Positions 44,668 to 54,142 of a stretch of DNA of 64,000 bases are shown piece after piece. Each line of letters begins with the position of its first letter. The stretch's first letter is position 1. The stretch lies in the IMG/VR virus record IMGVR_UViG_3300028275_000006, positions 148,543 to 212,542 of that record; one strand, written 5' to 3'. Under the pieces are notes generated by a model. That model was not told the origin of the DNA, ran no database searches, and saw nothing but the letters and a program-made list of their open reading frames with translations. The position numbers and the translations under genes are program-made.

Positions 44668-47600
44668 TTATCGAGCGATCTCTGTAATACGAAGTGTTAG
44701 TGCTGTTGATGAATTTGTAACGGTTATGCTATCGTCCGCTGAGTCTCTACGAACACCAACGGTAATAGTCTTTGCTGTGGTACTTGAATTTGTATATCTA
44801 CCCGTTAGCGGAAATAAATTACCTGTTCTACCGCTTTCATTACTTCTTGTCATTTGACGAGCGTAGACTATTTCAGAACCATCTACTTTGATACGAGAAA
44901 AATAACTGTCTGTACCAGCACCACCACTATCTGATGCCGCTCTATAGTCTGCCACGTGAACGTGTATGATCAAGTAACTTGAATTGCTGGTCGGTGTATA
45001 ACTGTAGGTAAGAAGATCTGTGTCGCTGGTGCTAGTAGCCACTGTAGTATTATTAACAGTAAACTCGCTGTTGTTCAACATAGTATCTTTGATGACTTGT
45101 CCAGCTCTCCAAGCACCTGCTTGTATAAATCCAGTAGTGGCCAAGTTACCTGTAGTATCTACAGCCATCTTTACTGCGCCGCCACTTTCATTTAGGTTGT
45201 TAGTCACACGGAACAGTTGTCCGCTTAGGACAGTGAATGACCCGTTGTAACTATCAACAGCCCAGTTATTATTGTTGGCATAATACATCAACACACCCGG
45301 AGTGTCTGTAGTGCCGTTGTCTAGGGCAATATCACCAGTGCCCAGTGTTTTGGTGTATGTACCAGTGCCCGCTTTAACAGCACTGGCAATGTTTGTAGTG
45401 CCACTGCTGTTGCCAATGTTTAGAGTAGTTGCGGCACCTGCAAAGTTAACGGTAGTTGCTGTTGTGTTAAAGATATTAGCACTAGTGTTTCCGGTTAATA
45501 AATTCTGTGCTGTAACATCGCCGGTACTGGTAGAGAACCCGCCGGCATAGATAGTGCCAACTGAGTTGATACCGCCACCAAGATATATGTTACCAGCAAC
45601 ACCTACACCACCAGATACTTTCAATGCTCCAGTTGTTGTGTTTGCGCTGTTAGTAGTATCTGTAATGCTAACTGCACCACTAGATGTTAAACCAGTTAAT
45701 GTTCCTACACTAGTCAAACTACTGTTTACCACAGTAGATTTTAATGTTACGCCAGTTAGAGTATCTGCGGCTGCTGTAACGGTAATGTTTGCGCTACCAT
45801 TAAAACTTACACCGTTAATATTACGAGCAGTTTGTAGAGTAGTTGCTGTAGTAGCATTACCAGTATAGGCTGTTGTTTGTACAGTACTATCTGGGAATGT
45901 TATCTGTCCAGCCTTGTCAAATACCCAAGTCTTGATAGACCTTACACTTGCTGTTCCTGATGACACATAAAGAGTAACACCTGAAGTATCAGTTGTTACA
46001 TAACTGTCAAAAGGAAGTCCTGCTCCAATAGTAGTGGCTTTCCAATACAAATTAGAACTAGATGTATCACCACTGCTCTTTACGCCAATACTGTTAGTGC
46101 CGCTGTCAAGAGTATTACTAGGCAGAGTTGTGGTTCCATCGTTGTTAAACTTCCATTCATAGTATGGTGCTGGGCCGCCTGTTTGGATTGTTAAACCAGT
46201 TGCTTGTCTAAATGTATTTGTGTTAGATAAGATTAAACTGCCGGCGCCATCAAAGCCTAACGAACTAGTAAAGCCACTGGCTTTGATACTGTTGACTTCA
46301 ATAGTAGCACTAGAGCCTAGACTAATACTTGTACCGTTAACTGTGACTGCGCTGTTGGCTAGTTTGCTGTTGGCTATTGATCCAGCCAACATAGTATTAG
46401 TTACTGTACCTGTGTCACCAGTTGTTATCACTGTACCAGTTGTTGCTGGCATTGTGATAGTAGTTGTACCAGCAGCCGCACTTGCTTTCAATACAGTAGT
46501 GCCACTTGTTGATCCGTTGAATGTAGCACCAGTACCACCTATGGTTGGTAATGTCAGCGTTTTGTTAGTCAGTGTCTCACTGCCCGCCAGTGTAGCAAAA
46601 TCTCCATCAGTCAGTGCTGAGTTAAACTGAGCAGTGGTTCCGCTGACTGTATTAGAACCTAGAGCAATAGTTTTGTTGGTTAGTGTTTGGCTACCAGTTA
46701 GGGTTGCTACTGTTGAATCAATAGCGATAGTAACTGCTGAACTACCGTTATAAGTTGTGCCGCTTAATCCTGTGCCAATAGTTAAGGCATTTAAGTTACT
46801 GCCCAGACTTACACCAGATATAGTGCTGTTGGCTAGTTTAGCATTGGCGATTGATCCTGCTAACATTGTATTTGTAACAGTACCAGTATCACCTGTAGTA
46901 ACTACTGTGCCTGTAGTTGCTGGTAAAGTAATAGTTGTAGTACCTGCGGCTGCTGATGCTTTTACTACTGTAGTACCACTTGAGCTGCCGTTGAACGTAG
47001 CGCCAGTACCACCTATCGTTGGTAGTGTTAATGTCTTGTTGGTTAATGTTTCAGCACCAGTTAGAGTAGCATAGCCACTGTCGTTAGTCAGTTGGCTAAC
47101 GTTAGTTGGAACTGTAGGAGCACCAGTTAACTTACTGTAGGCAAGACTTGTTATCCAGGCAGGGTTAGCATACGATCCTGTTGAGTATAATCCGTTGGTA
47201 ACTGTTGCCGCATTACCATCAATGCTTACACCAGTTAGTGTTTGGCTAGCACTTAGTCTTGTAAAGTCTAAACTGGTTGTGCCAATATAAGCACTAGAGT
47301 AGATAGTTGGCTTGTTTGTTAAGTCTGTGTAACTGCCACTAAACAATGTAGGTGTACCAGTTAGTTTGCTGTAGGCTAGGCTTGTTATCCACGCAGGGTT
47401 ACTGTATGTTCCTGTAGTGTAGACTCCATCAGTTACTGTACCGGCATTGCCATCAATGCTTACACCTGTTAAAGTTTGGCTAGCACTTGTTCTGTTTAGT
47501 GCTATGCTGGTTGTACCAATGTAGTGCGTGTCTGCTCGTAGGGCTACGGTTGAGTCTACAGCGATAGTAACTGCGGTACTACCATCAAAACTTGTACCAC

Positions 47601-50600
47601 TCAATCCACTGCCAATAGTTAGTGCGTTAGTTGTACTGGCTGTAACAGTAATGCCAGCAGAGCCGTCAAAGCTCACATTGTTAATTGTTCTTGCTGTGCC
47701 TAGTTTAGTTGCTGTTGCGGCATTGCCTGTAATGCTACCTACAATGCTGTTAGTTGCTGTTAGACTTGTGATAGTCACAGCACCGTTCATAGTTGTTGTA
47801 GTTGTAGCACTACCTAAGTTAAGTGTAGCAGTACCACTTGTAACACCCGTACCAATGTTAATAGTACTTGTACCGCCTGCTAAGTTTGTGCCAATGTTTA
47901 AATTCTTAACATAGGTAGCACCCGTTGCCGCGGTAAGAATGTTTAGTGTGTGATTAAAAACACTACTACTAGGACCCAATGTTAAAGAAGGTGTTGAGGC
48001 ATAAGCATTGGTACTGGTTGTGCTGTCAAGGTTAGTAATGTAAGCAGTACTAATACTTGGACTTGAGTTAGTAACTAATGATGTACCTGTTCCAACCAAT
48101 CCACTCACTAACTGTGTATAAGACAAGTTAGCAGTTGCGTTAGATGCTGTGCTGACTACGGTGAATGTAGTTTGTCTTGCTGTCGCTATAGTATTAGAAA
48201 CTATTTGTGTGCCGGTACTCAACTGATAAGTTATAGTTGCTGCCGAAGTAAAGAATGTAATCTGTTGCCCAGCAGTTAGCGTAGTCAAGTCTGGCAGTTT
48301 GAATATGTGTGTACCGCTTATTGATCCTGTAACATTGTAATATCTAGTTATAGTTGCGGCATCTAATGTTGTAGTAGCACCTGCTGTTGCCACAACGGTA
48401 GTAGTACTTGTATCCAAACTAACTGTGACTGCGGCACTACCATTGAAGGTGCTGGCTGTGCCTGTTAAGCCTCTACCGATAGTTAGTGCGTTGGCTGTGT
48501 TGACTGTGCCACTGCTACCTAAACTTATACTTGTTCCATTAACTGTGATTGTGCTGTTGGCTAACTTGTTATTGGCAATACTGCCGGCCAACATAGTATT
48601 AGTAACAGTACCAGTGTCTGTGGTTAGAACAGCATTAGTAACCTTACTACCTGCTAAACTGGTAATCCAACTTGGATTAGCGTAACTTCCTGTAGTGTAA
48701 ACACCATTAGTCACGGTGGCAGCATTGCCAGCAATACTGTCTGGAACTACGATACTAGATGTTTGTTCAACTGTTAGAATAACTGCCGGGGCTCGTGGCA
48801 CTGAAGGACTTGTTTGTGCGGCAATGGTCTTAAGGTAAACATCAGTGCTAGGACTCTGCCAATATATCTGTATCTGTTCTCCTGCTTCAACAGTTAGAAT
48901 GAACGGATTGATAGCAACCAACTTGCCCAATGATCCTGTATCAGCATCGATAGTATAAACCACTGTACTGTCATCTACGTTTGAAGTAACACCATTGACT
49001 GTAGTCTTTAACCAAACACTGACATCCTGTTCTGCGGCATTGTCATTGACAAACTGTAAACTGAATACGATAGAATATGTGCCAGCATAACTGAACGTGA
49101 TCTTAGATCCGTTCTGTATTGTAATACCGTTGGCTTCATAAGTTCCGCCAATTAATACTAGGTTAGCACTGGTAGCACCTGCGTTAGACTGTTGTGCTGT
49201 GACATCATAGAAACTACCGTAGTAGCCTAGAGCACCTGTAGCACCTCCACCCGATCCGCCTGGTATCCAACTATGTGTAACAGAGTCATAGGTTAATACT
49301 TGTCCTGTGATAGCACCTGTGACGTTAACATCTGTCAGTGCTGACAAGGATGTAGTCAGTGTTGGTTGATTAGTTACGTTGGCCCAATCAACAGAGCCAG
49401 TCCAAGCAGTTGTCTGTGTAGTTTCGTCAGCAAAGTTTATGCTTGGAACAGAGATACCAGACTCTACTGACAGTACACCAGTAGCATAGTCTAAGACAAA
49501 TGCGTTGTCGTGCCAAGCACCATCGTTGCGAGTAATATAGAAACTGTGATCGTTTCTGCGACCCATTGCCAGTTTAGGATCTCCGTTCCATTCAAATGTA
49601 AATGTATTAAATCCTGGACTAGCCGAAACTTGATTAAAGTTAATATCTGGTTCGCTACCAATAACACGAAGAATACCAACACCATCCTGTAAGACACTGG
49701 CTGTCAATGTCATAGCCGGTTGGTTAGTGTTATTACTTTCAAAAGCAAATGTACCGTTGAAGGTTGGATTGTTAATTGTTGGACTGGTAAATGTTTTATT
49801 GGTTAGTGTTTCTTCGCCAGTTAAAGTAGCATAGCCAGATAATGCGGCACTGGTAATAAATCCTGCGTTGTTAGTTAAGTCGCCGGTATCTAATGGAATA
49901 GTTGGAGCATCGGTTAAATCATTCCAACTGTATGTTCCTAACCACGCTGTTGTCTGTGTAGTGTTGTCGTTGAATGTTAACTGTTTGCTCAGTTTAACTT
50001 CTGTACTACTAAATCGAATGACTTCTCTATCGCCTGTGGCTACATTGCCTGCTACAATCTTTGTGTAGGTATTAGCAATACTTGTACCTAATACTAGATT
50101 ACCTCCGCCAGCATTGCCACCTTGAACATACAACCAACCATCACGTTGTCCCACGTTGTCATATAGGCTATTCTCTGCTGTACCATCCCAGCTCGCACCG
50201 TTGATACCCATGTCAATGTAGTAGTCTGTGTCACTGCCATTAGGACTTGTTGCTACCCATTCTGTACTTGAGTGAGCACCGTCGCTGGTATTTTGGAAGT
50301 TATTCTGTGCGTAGTCGTTGACCTGTGCTTGACTTTGGATAACTGTATTTGGTAGTGCTGCCACACCTGCCGCACGTCCTGCGAATACTGCTGTGAATCC
50401 ATCAGCATCGCCAGGGAGGATACCTGTAGTGTGTAACTTGCCATTAGCATCAAGATTGATAGTGTTTAGATCAAAATTACTTTGAACTAGAAAGTTGCTG
50501 TCGTTTGACAGTTGGCTAACTGCTGTAGGTATGCTTGCTGATGTAATATAGCCGCGACTGGTTACATAACTTTGTGTAGCATAACTTGATAATGAACTGG

Positions 50601-51063
50601 ATGTTAGGTATCCGCTGTCGTTAGTAAATGAGCTAACATTTGTAGGCTTGCCAGTTAAGTCGGCGTAAGCACCACTGAATAGTGAAGGCTTGCCTGTGAC
50701 TGCGTCCCAACTTACACCTGTGATAAATCCTGTGTCGTTTGTAAGTTGGCTAACATTTGTTGGAACTGTAGGGGCACCTGATATACTAGAGTAGGGAACT
50801 GTGCCTACACTGATAACGCTGTTATCGATAGCAATAGTTGTGCCATCAATCTTAATACCACCTTTAACTGTGGTAGTTGCTGTAGGTAGCACATAACTAC
50901 TGCCGCCCGCTCCGCCTACGGCTAAACCGCCCGGAGTTTCACCGTCAGAGATGCGTATTGTATTGGTTATTCCATCGTACCAAAGACGGTCTTTTTCACC
51001 TATACGGGTGTCGCCGTCTTCGTAGTTTCTTCGTTGGGTTCGGAAATCTTGTGTAAATGACAT
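44668..51063 (-). CDS. long tail fibre/adhesin, 2131 aa, with internal repeats
   Basis: Mtd-like N-terminus, Thr/Gly-rich fibre repeats, GYYGSFYD domain, C-terminal receptor-binding-like domain. Confidence 0.85.
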   Translation of the reverse strand: MSFTQDFRTQRRNYEDGDTRIGEKDRLWYDGITNTIRISDGETPGGLAVGGAGGSSYVLPTATTTVKGGIKIDGTTIAIDNSVISVGTVPYSSISGAPTVPTNVSQLTNDTGFITGVSWDAVTGKPSLFSGAYADLTGKPTNVSSFTNDSGYLTSSSLSSYATQSYVTSRGYITSASIPTAVSQLSNDSNFLVQSNFDLNTINLDANGKLHTTGILPGDADGFTAVFAGRAAGVAALPNTVIQSQAQVNDYAQNNFQNTSDGAHSSTEWVATSPNGSDTDYYIDMGINGASWDGTAENSLYDNVGQRDGWLYVQGGNAGGGNLVLGTSIANTYTKIVAGNVATGDREVIRFSSTEVKLSKQLTFNDNTTQTTAWLGTYSWNDLTDAPTIPLDTGDLTNNAGFITSAALSGYATLTGEETLTNKTFTSPTINNPTFNGTFAFESNNTNQPAMTLTASVLQDGVGILRVIGSEPDINFNQVSASPGFNTFTFEWNGDPKLAMGRRNDHSFYITRNDGAWHDNAFVLDYATGVLSVESGISVPSINFADETTQTTAWTGSVDWANVTNQPTLTTSLSALTDVNVTGAITGQVLTYDSVTHSWIPGGSGGGATGALGYYGSFYDVTAQQSNAGATSANLVLIGGTYEANGITIQNGSKITFSYAGTYSIVFSLQFVNDNAAEQDVSVWLKTTVNGVTSNVDDSTVVYTIDADTGSLGKLVAINPFILTVEAGEQIQIYWQSPSTDVYLKTIAAQTSPSVPRAPAVILTVEQTSSIVVPDSIAGNAATVTNGVYTTGSYANPSWITSLAGSKVTNAVLTTDTGTVTNTMLAGSIANNKLANSTITVNGTSISLGSSGTVNTANALTIGRGLTGTASTFNGSAAVTVSLDTSTTTVVATAGATTTLDAATITRYYNVTGSISGTHIFKLPDLTTLTAGQQITFFTSAATITYQLSTGTQIVSNTIATARQTTFTVVSTASNATANLSYTQLVSGLVGTGTSLVTNSSPSISTAYITNLDSTTSTNAYASTPSLTLGPSSSVFNHTLNILTAATGATYVKNLNIGTNLAGGTSTINIGTGVTSGTATLNLGSATTTTTMNGAVTITSLTATNSIVGSITGNAATATKLGTARTINNVSFDGSAGITVTASTTNALTIGSGLSGTSFDGSTAVTIAVDSTVALRADTHYIGTTSIALNRTSASQTLTGVSIDGNAGTVTDGVYTTGTYSNPAWITSLAYSKLTGTPTLFSGSYTDLTNKPTIYSSAYIGTTSLDFTRLSASQTLTGVSIDGNAATVTNGLYSTGSYANPAWITSLAYSKLTGAPTVPTNVSQLTNDSGYATLTGAETLTNKTLTLPTIGGTGATFNGSSSGTTVVKASAAAGTTTITLPATTGTVVTTGDTGTVTNTMLAGSIANAKLANSTISGVSLGSNLNALTIGTGLSGTTYNGSSAVTIAIDSTVATLTGSQTLTNKTIALGSNTVSGTTAQFNSALTDGDFATLAGSETLTNKTLTLPTIGGTGATFNGSTSGTTVLKASAAAGTTTITMPATTGTVITTGDTGTVTNTMLAGSIANSKLANSAVTVNGTSISLGSSATIEVNSIKASGFTSSLGFDGAGSLILSNTNTFRQATGLTIQTGGPAPYYEWKFNNDGTTTLPSNTLDSGTNSIGVKSSGDTSSSNLYWKATTIGAGLPFDSYVTTDTSGVTLYVSSGTASVRSIKTWVFDKAGQITFPDSTVQTTAYTGNATTATTLQTARNINGVSFNGSANITVTAAADTLTGVTLKSTVVNSSLTSVGTLTGLTSSGAVSITDTTNSANTTTGALKVSGGVGVAGNIYLGGGINSVGTIYAGGFSTSTGDVTAQNLLTGNTSANIFNTTATTVNFAGAATTLNIGNSSGTTNIASAVKAGTGTYTKTLGTGDIALDNGTTDTPGVLMYYANNNNWAVDSYNGSFTVLSGQLFRVTNNLNESGGAVKMAVDTTGNLATTGFIQAGAWRAGQVIKDTMLNNSEFTVNNTTVATSTSDTDLLTYSYTPTSNSSYLIIHVHVADYRAASDSGGAGTDSYFSRIKVDGSEIVYARQMTRSNESGRTGNLFPLTGRYTNSSTTAKTITVGVRRDSADDSITVTNSSTALTLRITEIAR
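46350..48730 (-). repeat. intragenic protein repeats of the tail fibre (approximate bounds)
   Basis: Two ~75-aa copies TLTNKTLTLPTIGGTG...NTMLAGSIAN.KLANS (~46350-46580, ~46825-47055) and three GNA.TVT.G.Y.TG.Y.NP.WITSLA copies. Confidence 0.8.
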
Positions 51064-51102
51064 TAAACTATCTCACGTTTAATGTATTTACCGTAAAACG
51101 TA

Positions 51103-51309
51103 TCAGTGTTCGCTACGTGTAAGTTTTTGAATAACAGGACTGTCTTTGCCCTGTTCTGCTTTGTCCAGCTCTAAATGCTGTTGTAATGGCGGAACCATTA
51201 CAGGATCTGGGTCTTTTTCTTCGGCATCGTGGCTTTGTTTATCACTAGAGTTATCGTCTAGTGCATCAATTATATCTGCTAGTGATCTTAGGAATTCTGC
51301 GGCTCTCAT
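51103..51309 (-). CDS. small acidic protein starting MRAAEFL; likely start 51309
   Basis: TAAATA 5 nt upstream of ATG 51309. Confidence 0.65.
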   Translation of the reverse strand: MRAAEFLRSLADIIDALDDNSSDKQSHDAEEKDPDPVMVPPLQQHLELDKAEQGKDSPVIQKLTRSEH

Positions 51310-51317
51310 ACAATTAT

Positions 51318-51959
51318 TTAGTTCCACGCAACCATTTTAAATCTTTCTTCAGGAATGCCGAAATATTCGCATTTCCAGCGACTCTGTGCAAAGAAATCCA
51401 AGTGATGCCAAGAATTTTTATGTGCTAGTATCTGCTTACCAGCATCTTCCCAATCTATAGCCAACAACACAGGTTCTATAGTTTCACGTACAGATTCAAT
51501 TTCCGCATAGTCAAAACTATCCCATTCCCAGTGTAGGACTTCAAGTGCGTTGCCCTGTTGATCTACATAGTCCATGCTAAAATCTAATCCCCATTTGGGT
51601 CTTAGAGCTATAACTTTATGTATTAAGGGTAAACTTTTTGCCCAGTACTGTAGTTCTTCTAAGGCGGCTCCTGCGTAACCTTTACGTTCGAATAATAGAC
51701 TGTGATTTAATACACTGCCTTCTATTGTATGTTCCTGAGTAAACCACGGCTGTTTAAGTGCTGTGCGATGTTCCCTATGCTTCTTTGGTTTGGTCCAATT
51801 ACTGTAGGCATAGTGCTTTTCGAGATCAGTTAGGTCATAACCGTTCTGATCAAATAATGCAACATCCTCTACTGTTGGGATATAAACTATCTTTTCTACA
51901 GGTTTATCCCAATAACCGTTGGCGTCAAATTTGTTATCAGTTAGAGCTACGTTGGACAT
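51318..51959 (-). CDS. conserved hypothetical protein
   Basis: ORF track; Trp/Tyr-rich. Confidence 0.7.
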   Translation of the reverse strand: MSNVALTDNKFDANGYWDKPVEKIVYIPTVEDVALFDQNGYDLTDLEKHYAYSNWTKPKKHREHRTALKQPWFTQEHTIEGSVLNHSLLFERKGYAGAALEELQYWAKSLPLIHKVIALRPKWGLDFSMDYVDQQGNALEVLHWEWDSFDYAEIESVRETIEPVLLAIDWEDAGKQILAHKNSWHHLDFFAQSRWKCEYFGIPEERFKMVAWN

Positions 51960-52098
51960 TTTTATCTAAACAATCCGAACAACCACATTCGTTGCAATCG
52001 CAGCCGTCAGTCATACAACTGAATCCGCAATGTGCGGTGCACCAGCACTGACATTTAGGTTTTAATCTTTGATAAGTCGTGTCGTTGTTTTCGCTCAT
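51937..52098 (-). CDS. 53-aa Cys-rich, metallothionein-like protein
   Basis: CQCWCTAHCGFSCMTDGCDCNECGCSDC: 10 Cys and 1 His; SD GAGGA. Confidence 0.6.
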   Translation of the reverse strand: MSENNDTTYQRLKPKCQCWCTAHCGFSCMTDGCDCNECGCSDCLDKNVQRSSN

Positions 52099-52100
52099 AA

Positions 52101-53723
52101 TTAATCCTCGCTCCATACTAATCCTGCAATACAAGGACTAATACTGTTTGTGCTTTTAACAGCAATACTTAACCAACTACCTGGCGGAACTGTGATACGA
52201 TAAGCACTTAGGTCAATGTTAATAGTTCCGTTAATACCACAAAAGCCTGTATATATAGGAGTATCTATAGTGTTATCAAATGTTCCTGTGACTGTACTAC
52301 GAACTTCGTTGCAACGAGTAATAGCATAGTATTCGTGTGTTCCTGAAAAACTACTTGGTTCAAAGTATAAGTAAACTTCCACAGGGTCTGTGCTCTGTAC
52401 TGACAGGCTCATGCTTTTGACAATGGCTTCTTTGGCATTGATGATATAGTTGCCGTTGTTAGCACCTGCTAATCCGTTAGTGACTACAGCATTTTTAATA
52501 GTCATTATATGATGTATGATATCTTTTGCTAGGCCTGTTTTGCTTGTTGAATAAGAGCGTGTGAGTTCGTTTAGGTGAATTGTACCTTCGACAGCGGCAT
52601 AGATACTAGCACCATATACACTTATGTCTGTGGTATTAGTTGTGTTAACAGCGTTGTAGGTAATCTTAAAACTTGGATTAGCAGTATGAGGAGTAGTATG
52701 TTGATTAACATAGTGTTCGCGATGTACATAGATCATTGTTCCCGAATCTTGATCTTCTATAGCATAACTGATTACACCTGCGCCTAACCAGCGCATAGCA
52801 ATTTGGTAGACATTAAGTTTAGTATGATCTAAAGTCATACCACTAGGATTAGAGTCAATGGAATTGCTGCCATCTAGTTTGTCAATGTTCCAATCTTCTT
52901 GATAGGTCCAGTTATCTGTTTGTGCCAACCCTGCTTGTCTTACAGTAAATGTAGCAGTAGCATTGCCTGTACTGCTAAAACTAAATGTGCCATTCATCGG
53001 GCCTAGACTAGGTGCCAACCACATCATAGCGCCATCTGTTTGTTGCATCAACCAACCACCATATCCACCTACACGGTTAACAATTTCTGTAATTGCATGT
53101 GCGGCTGTGCCCGATGTCAGTGCTACAGTATAGGCCGTTCCGTTAAGAGTGATAGTAGCAGTCTGCCCAGCGTTGGGTGCCGTGTTTATAATTAATGTTA
53201 AGATTGTGGCCTTACCGCCTGTGCTTCGAACAACTCCAAAACGATTGCCATTCCAGCCAAAGCCCACACGATTTTCTTGATTGGCTAAACCAGCAAACTG
53301 ACTACTGCCTGCAACGCCCGTAGTAAAACCTGCGGTCATACGACTTATAATGCCCTGTCCTGGACGATAGCGAACAAAACGTTTGCTACGCAATACACCA
53401 TAACCACCTGCTGTGGTTCCTGAGTGTACTCTAAACATCTGATCTACTGAACCGGCACTAGATCCTGTACCGTTTGTGTATGTTTGTATAACATCTGCTG
53501 TGGCGCCATATATACCATCTAATTGTATAACAGCAGTAGGAGTGATTGCTAATGGTTCGCCAAAAGCAGATACCTGACCGGCAACACTAGGCCCTGACAA
53601 TTTAGCCGCTACACGAATCATTGGCTTACCAGCCAAGTCGTACTCCATGGCCTTGTGTAGGTTTAGAAGGTTTGGTTCGTCCGAGTGGACGTAGTCTGTC
53701 GAGTTAGGATTTCTTACACCCAT
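52101..53723 (-). CDS. virion structural protein
   Basis: AFGEPL, SKRFVRYRPGQG, DWNIDKLDG beta-rich pattern recalled from T4-like virion proteins. Confidence 0.6.
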   Translation of the reverse strand: MGVRNPNSTDYVHSDEPNLLNLHKAMEYDLAGKPMIRVAAKLSGPSVAGQVSAFGEPLAITPTAVIQLDGIYGATADVIQTYTNGTGSSAGSVDQMFRVHSGTTAGGYGVLRSKRFVRYRPGQGIISRMTAGFTTGVAGSSQFAGLANQENRVGFGWNGNRFGVVRSTGGKATILTLIINTAPNAGQTATITLNGTAYTVALTSGTAAHAITEIVNRVGGYGGWLMQQTDGAMMWLAPSLGPMNGTFSFSSTGNATATFTVRQAGLAQTDNWTYQEDWNIDKLDGSNSIDSNPSGMTLDHTKLNVYQIAMRWLGAGVISYAIEDQDSGTMIYVHREHYVNQHTTPHTANPSFKITYNAVNTTNTTDISVYGASIYAAVEGTIHLNELTRSYSTSKTGLAKDIIHHIMTIKNAVVTNGLAGANNGNYIINAKEAIVKSMSLSVQSTDPVEVYLYFEPSSFSGTHEYYAITRCNEVRSTVTGTFDNTIDTPIYTGFCGINGTINIDLSAYRITVPPGSWLSIAVKSTNSISPCIAGLVWSED

Positions 53724-53746
53724 AGAATAACTCCGTTATTTAGAAA

Positions 53747-54037
53747 TTAATCTAGGTCTAAAATACTTGTATAACTTTGTGTTGCTGTGTAAATTGCAAC
53801 CTTATTTCCAGATTTGAAGTTAAAAATCATTTGTGCATTTGCAGGGATTACAAATTTTGTAACGCTTGCGGTTGGATTAGTCCCAAATTCAATATAAGTC
53901 GGTTGGGCTCCTGTTGTGATTAAAATTCTTCTTGCTGTAATTGCTGTGCTTTGTACACTGGCATTATTAGTGCTCACAGTTTGATATCGATTAGTATCAA
54001 CACCGTCCAGCGTTTGTATTGTATAATATTGACTCAT
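53747..54037 (-). CDS. small beta-rich protein, probably structural
   Basis: SD AAGGA; late promoter upstream. Confidence 0.6.
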   Translation of the reverse strand: MSQYYTIQTLDGVDTNRYQTVSTNNASVQSTAITARRILITTGAQPTYIEFGTNPTASVTKFVIPANAQMIFNFKSGNKVAIYTATQSYTSILDLD

Positions 54038-54120
54038 TTGTATTTCCTTTGATATTTAAAATCTGTTTGATTAGAATACTGATTTCTAATCAGGATTCCA
54101 TAATATTTGTAACTGTAATA

Positions 54121-54136
54121 TATTTATCGTTAAATA
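54121..54136. promoter_or_regulatory. back-to-back late promoters
   Basis: TAAATA on minus (54121-54126) and on plus (54131-54136). Confidence 0.55.
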
Positions 54137-54142
54137 TTGCTT

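Noticed and set aside
45020-50453. Many 60-136 aa ORFs antisense to or inside the tail fibre
   Set aside because: Shadow frames of Thr/Gly-rich codon repeats; no SD or motif
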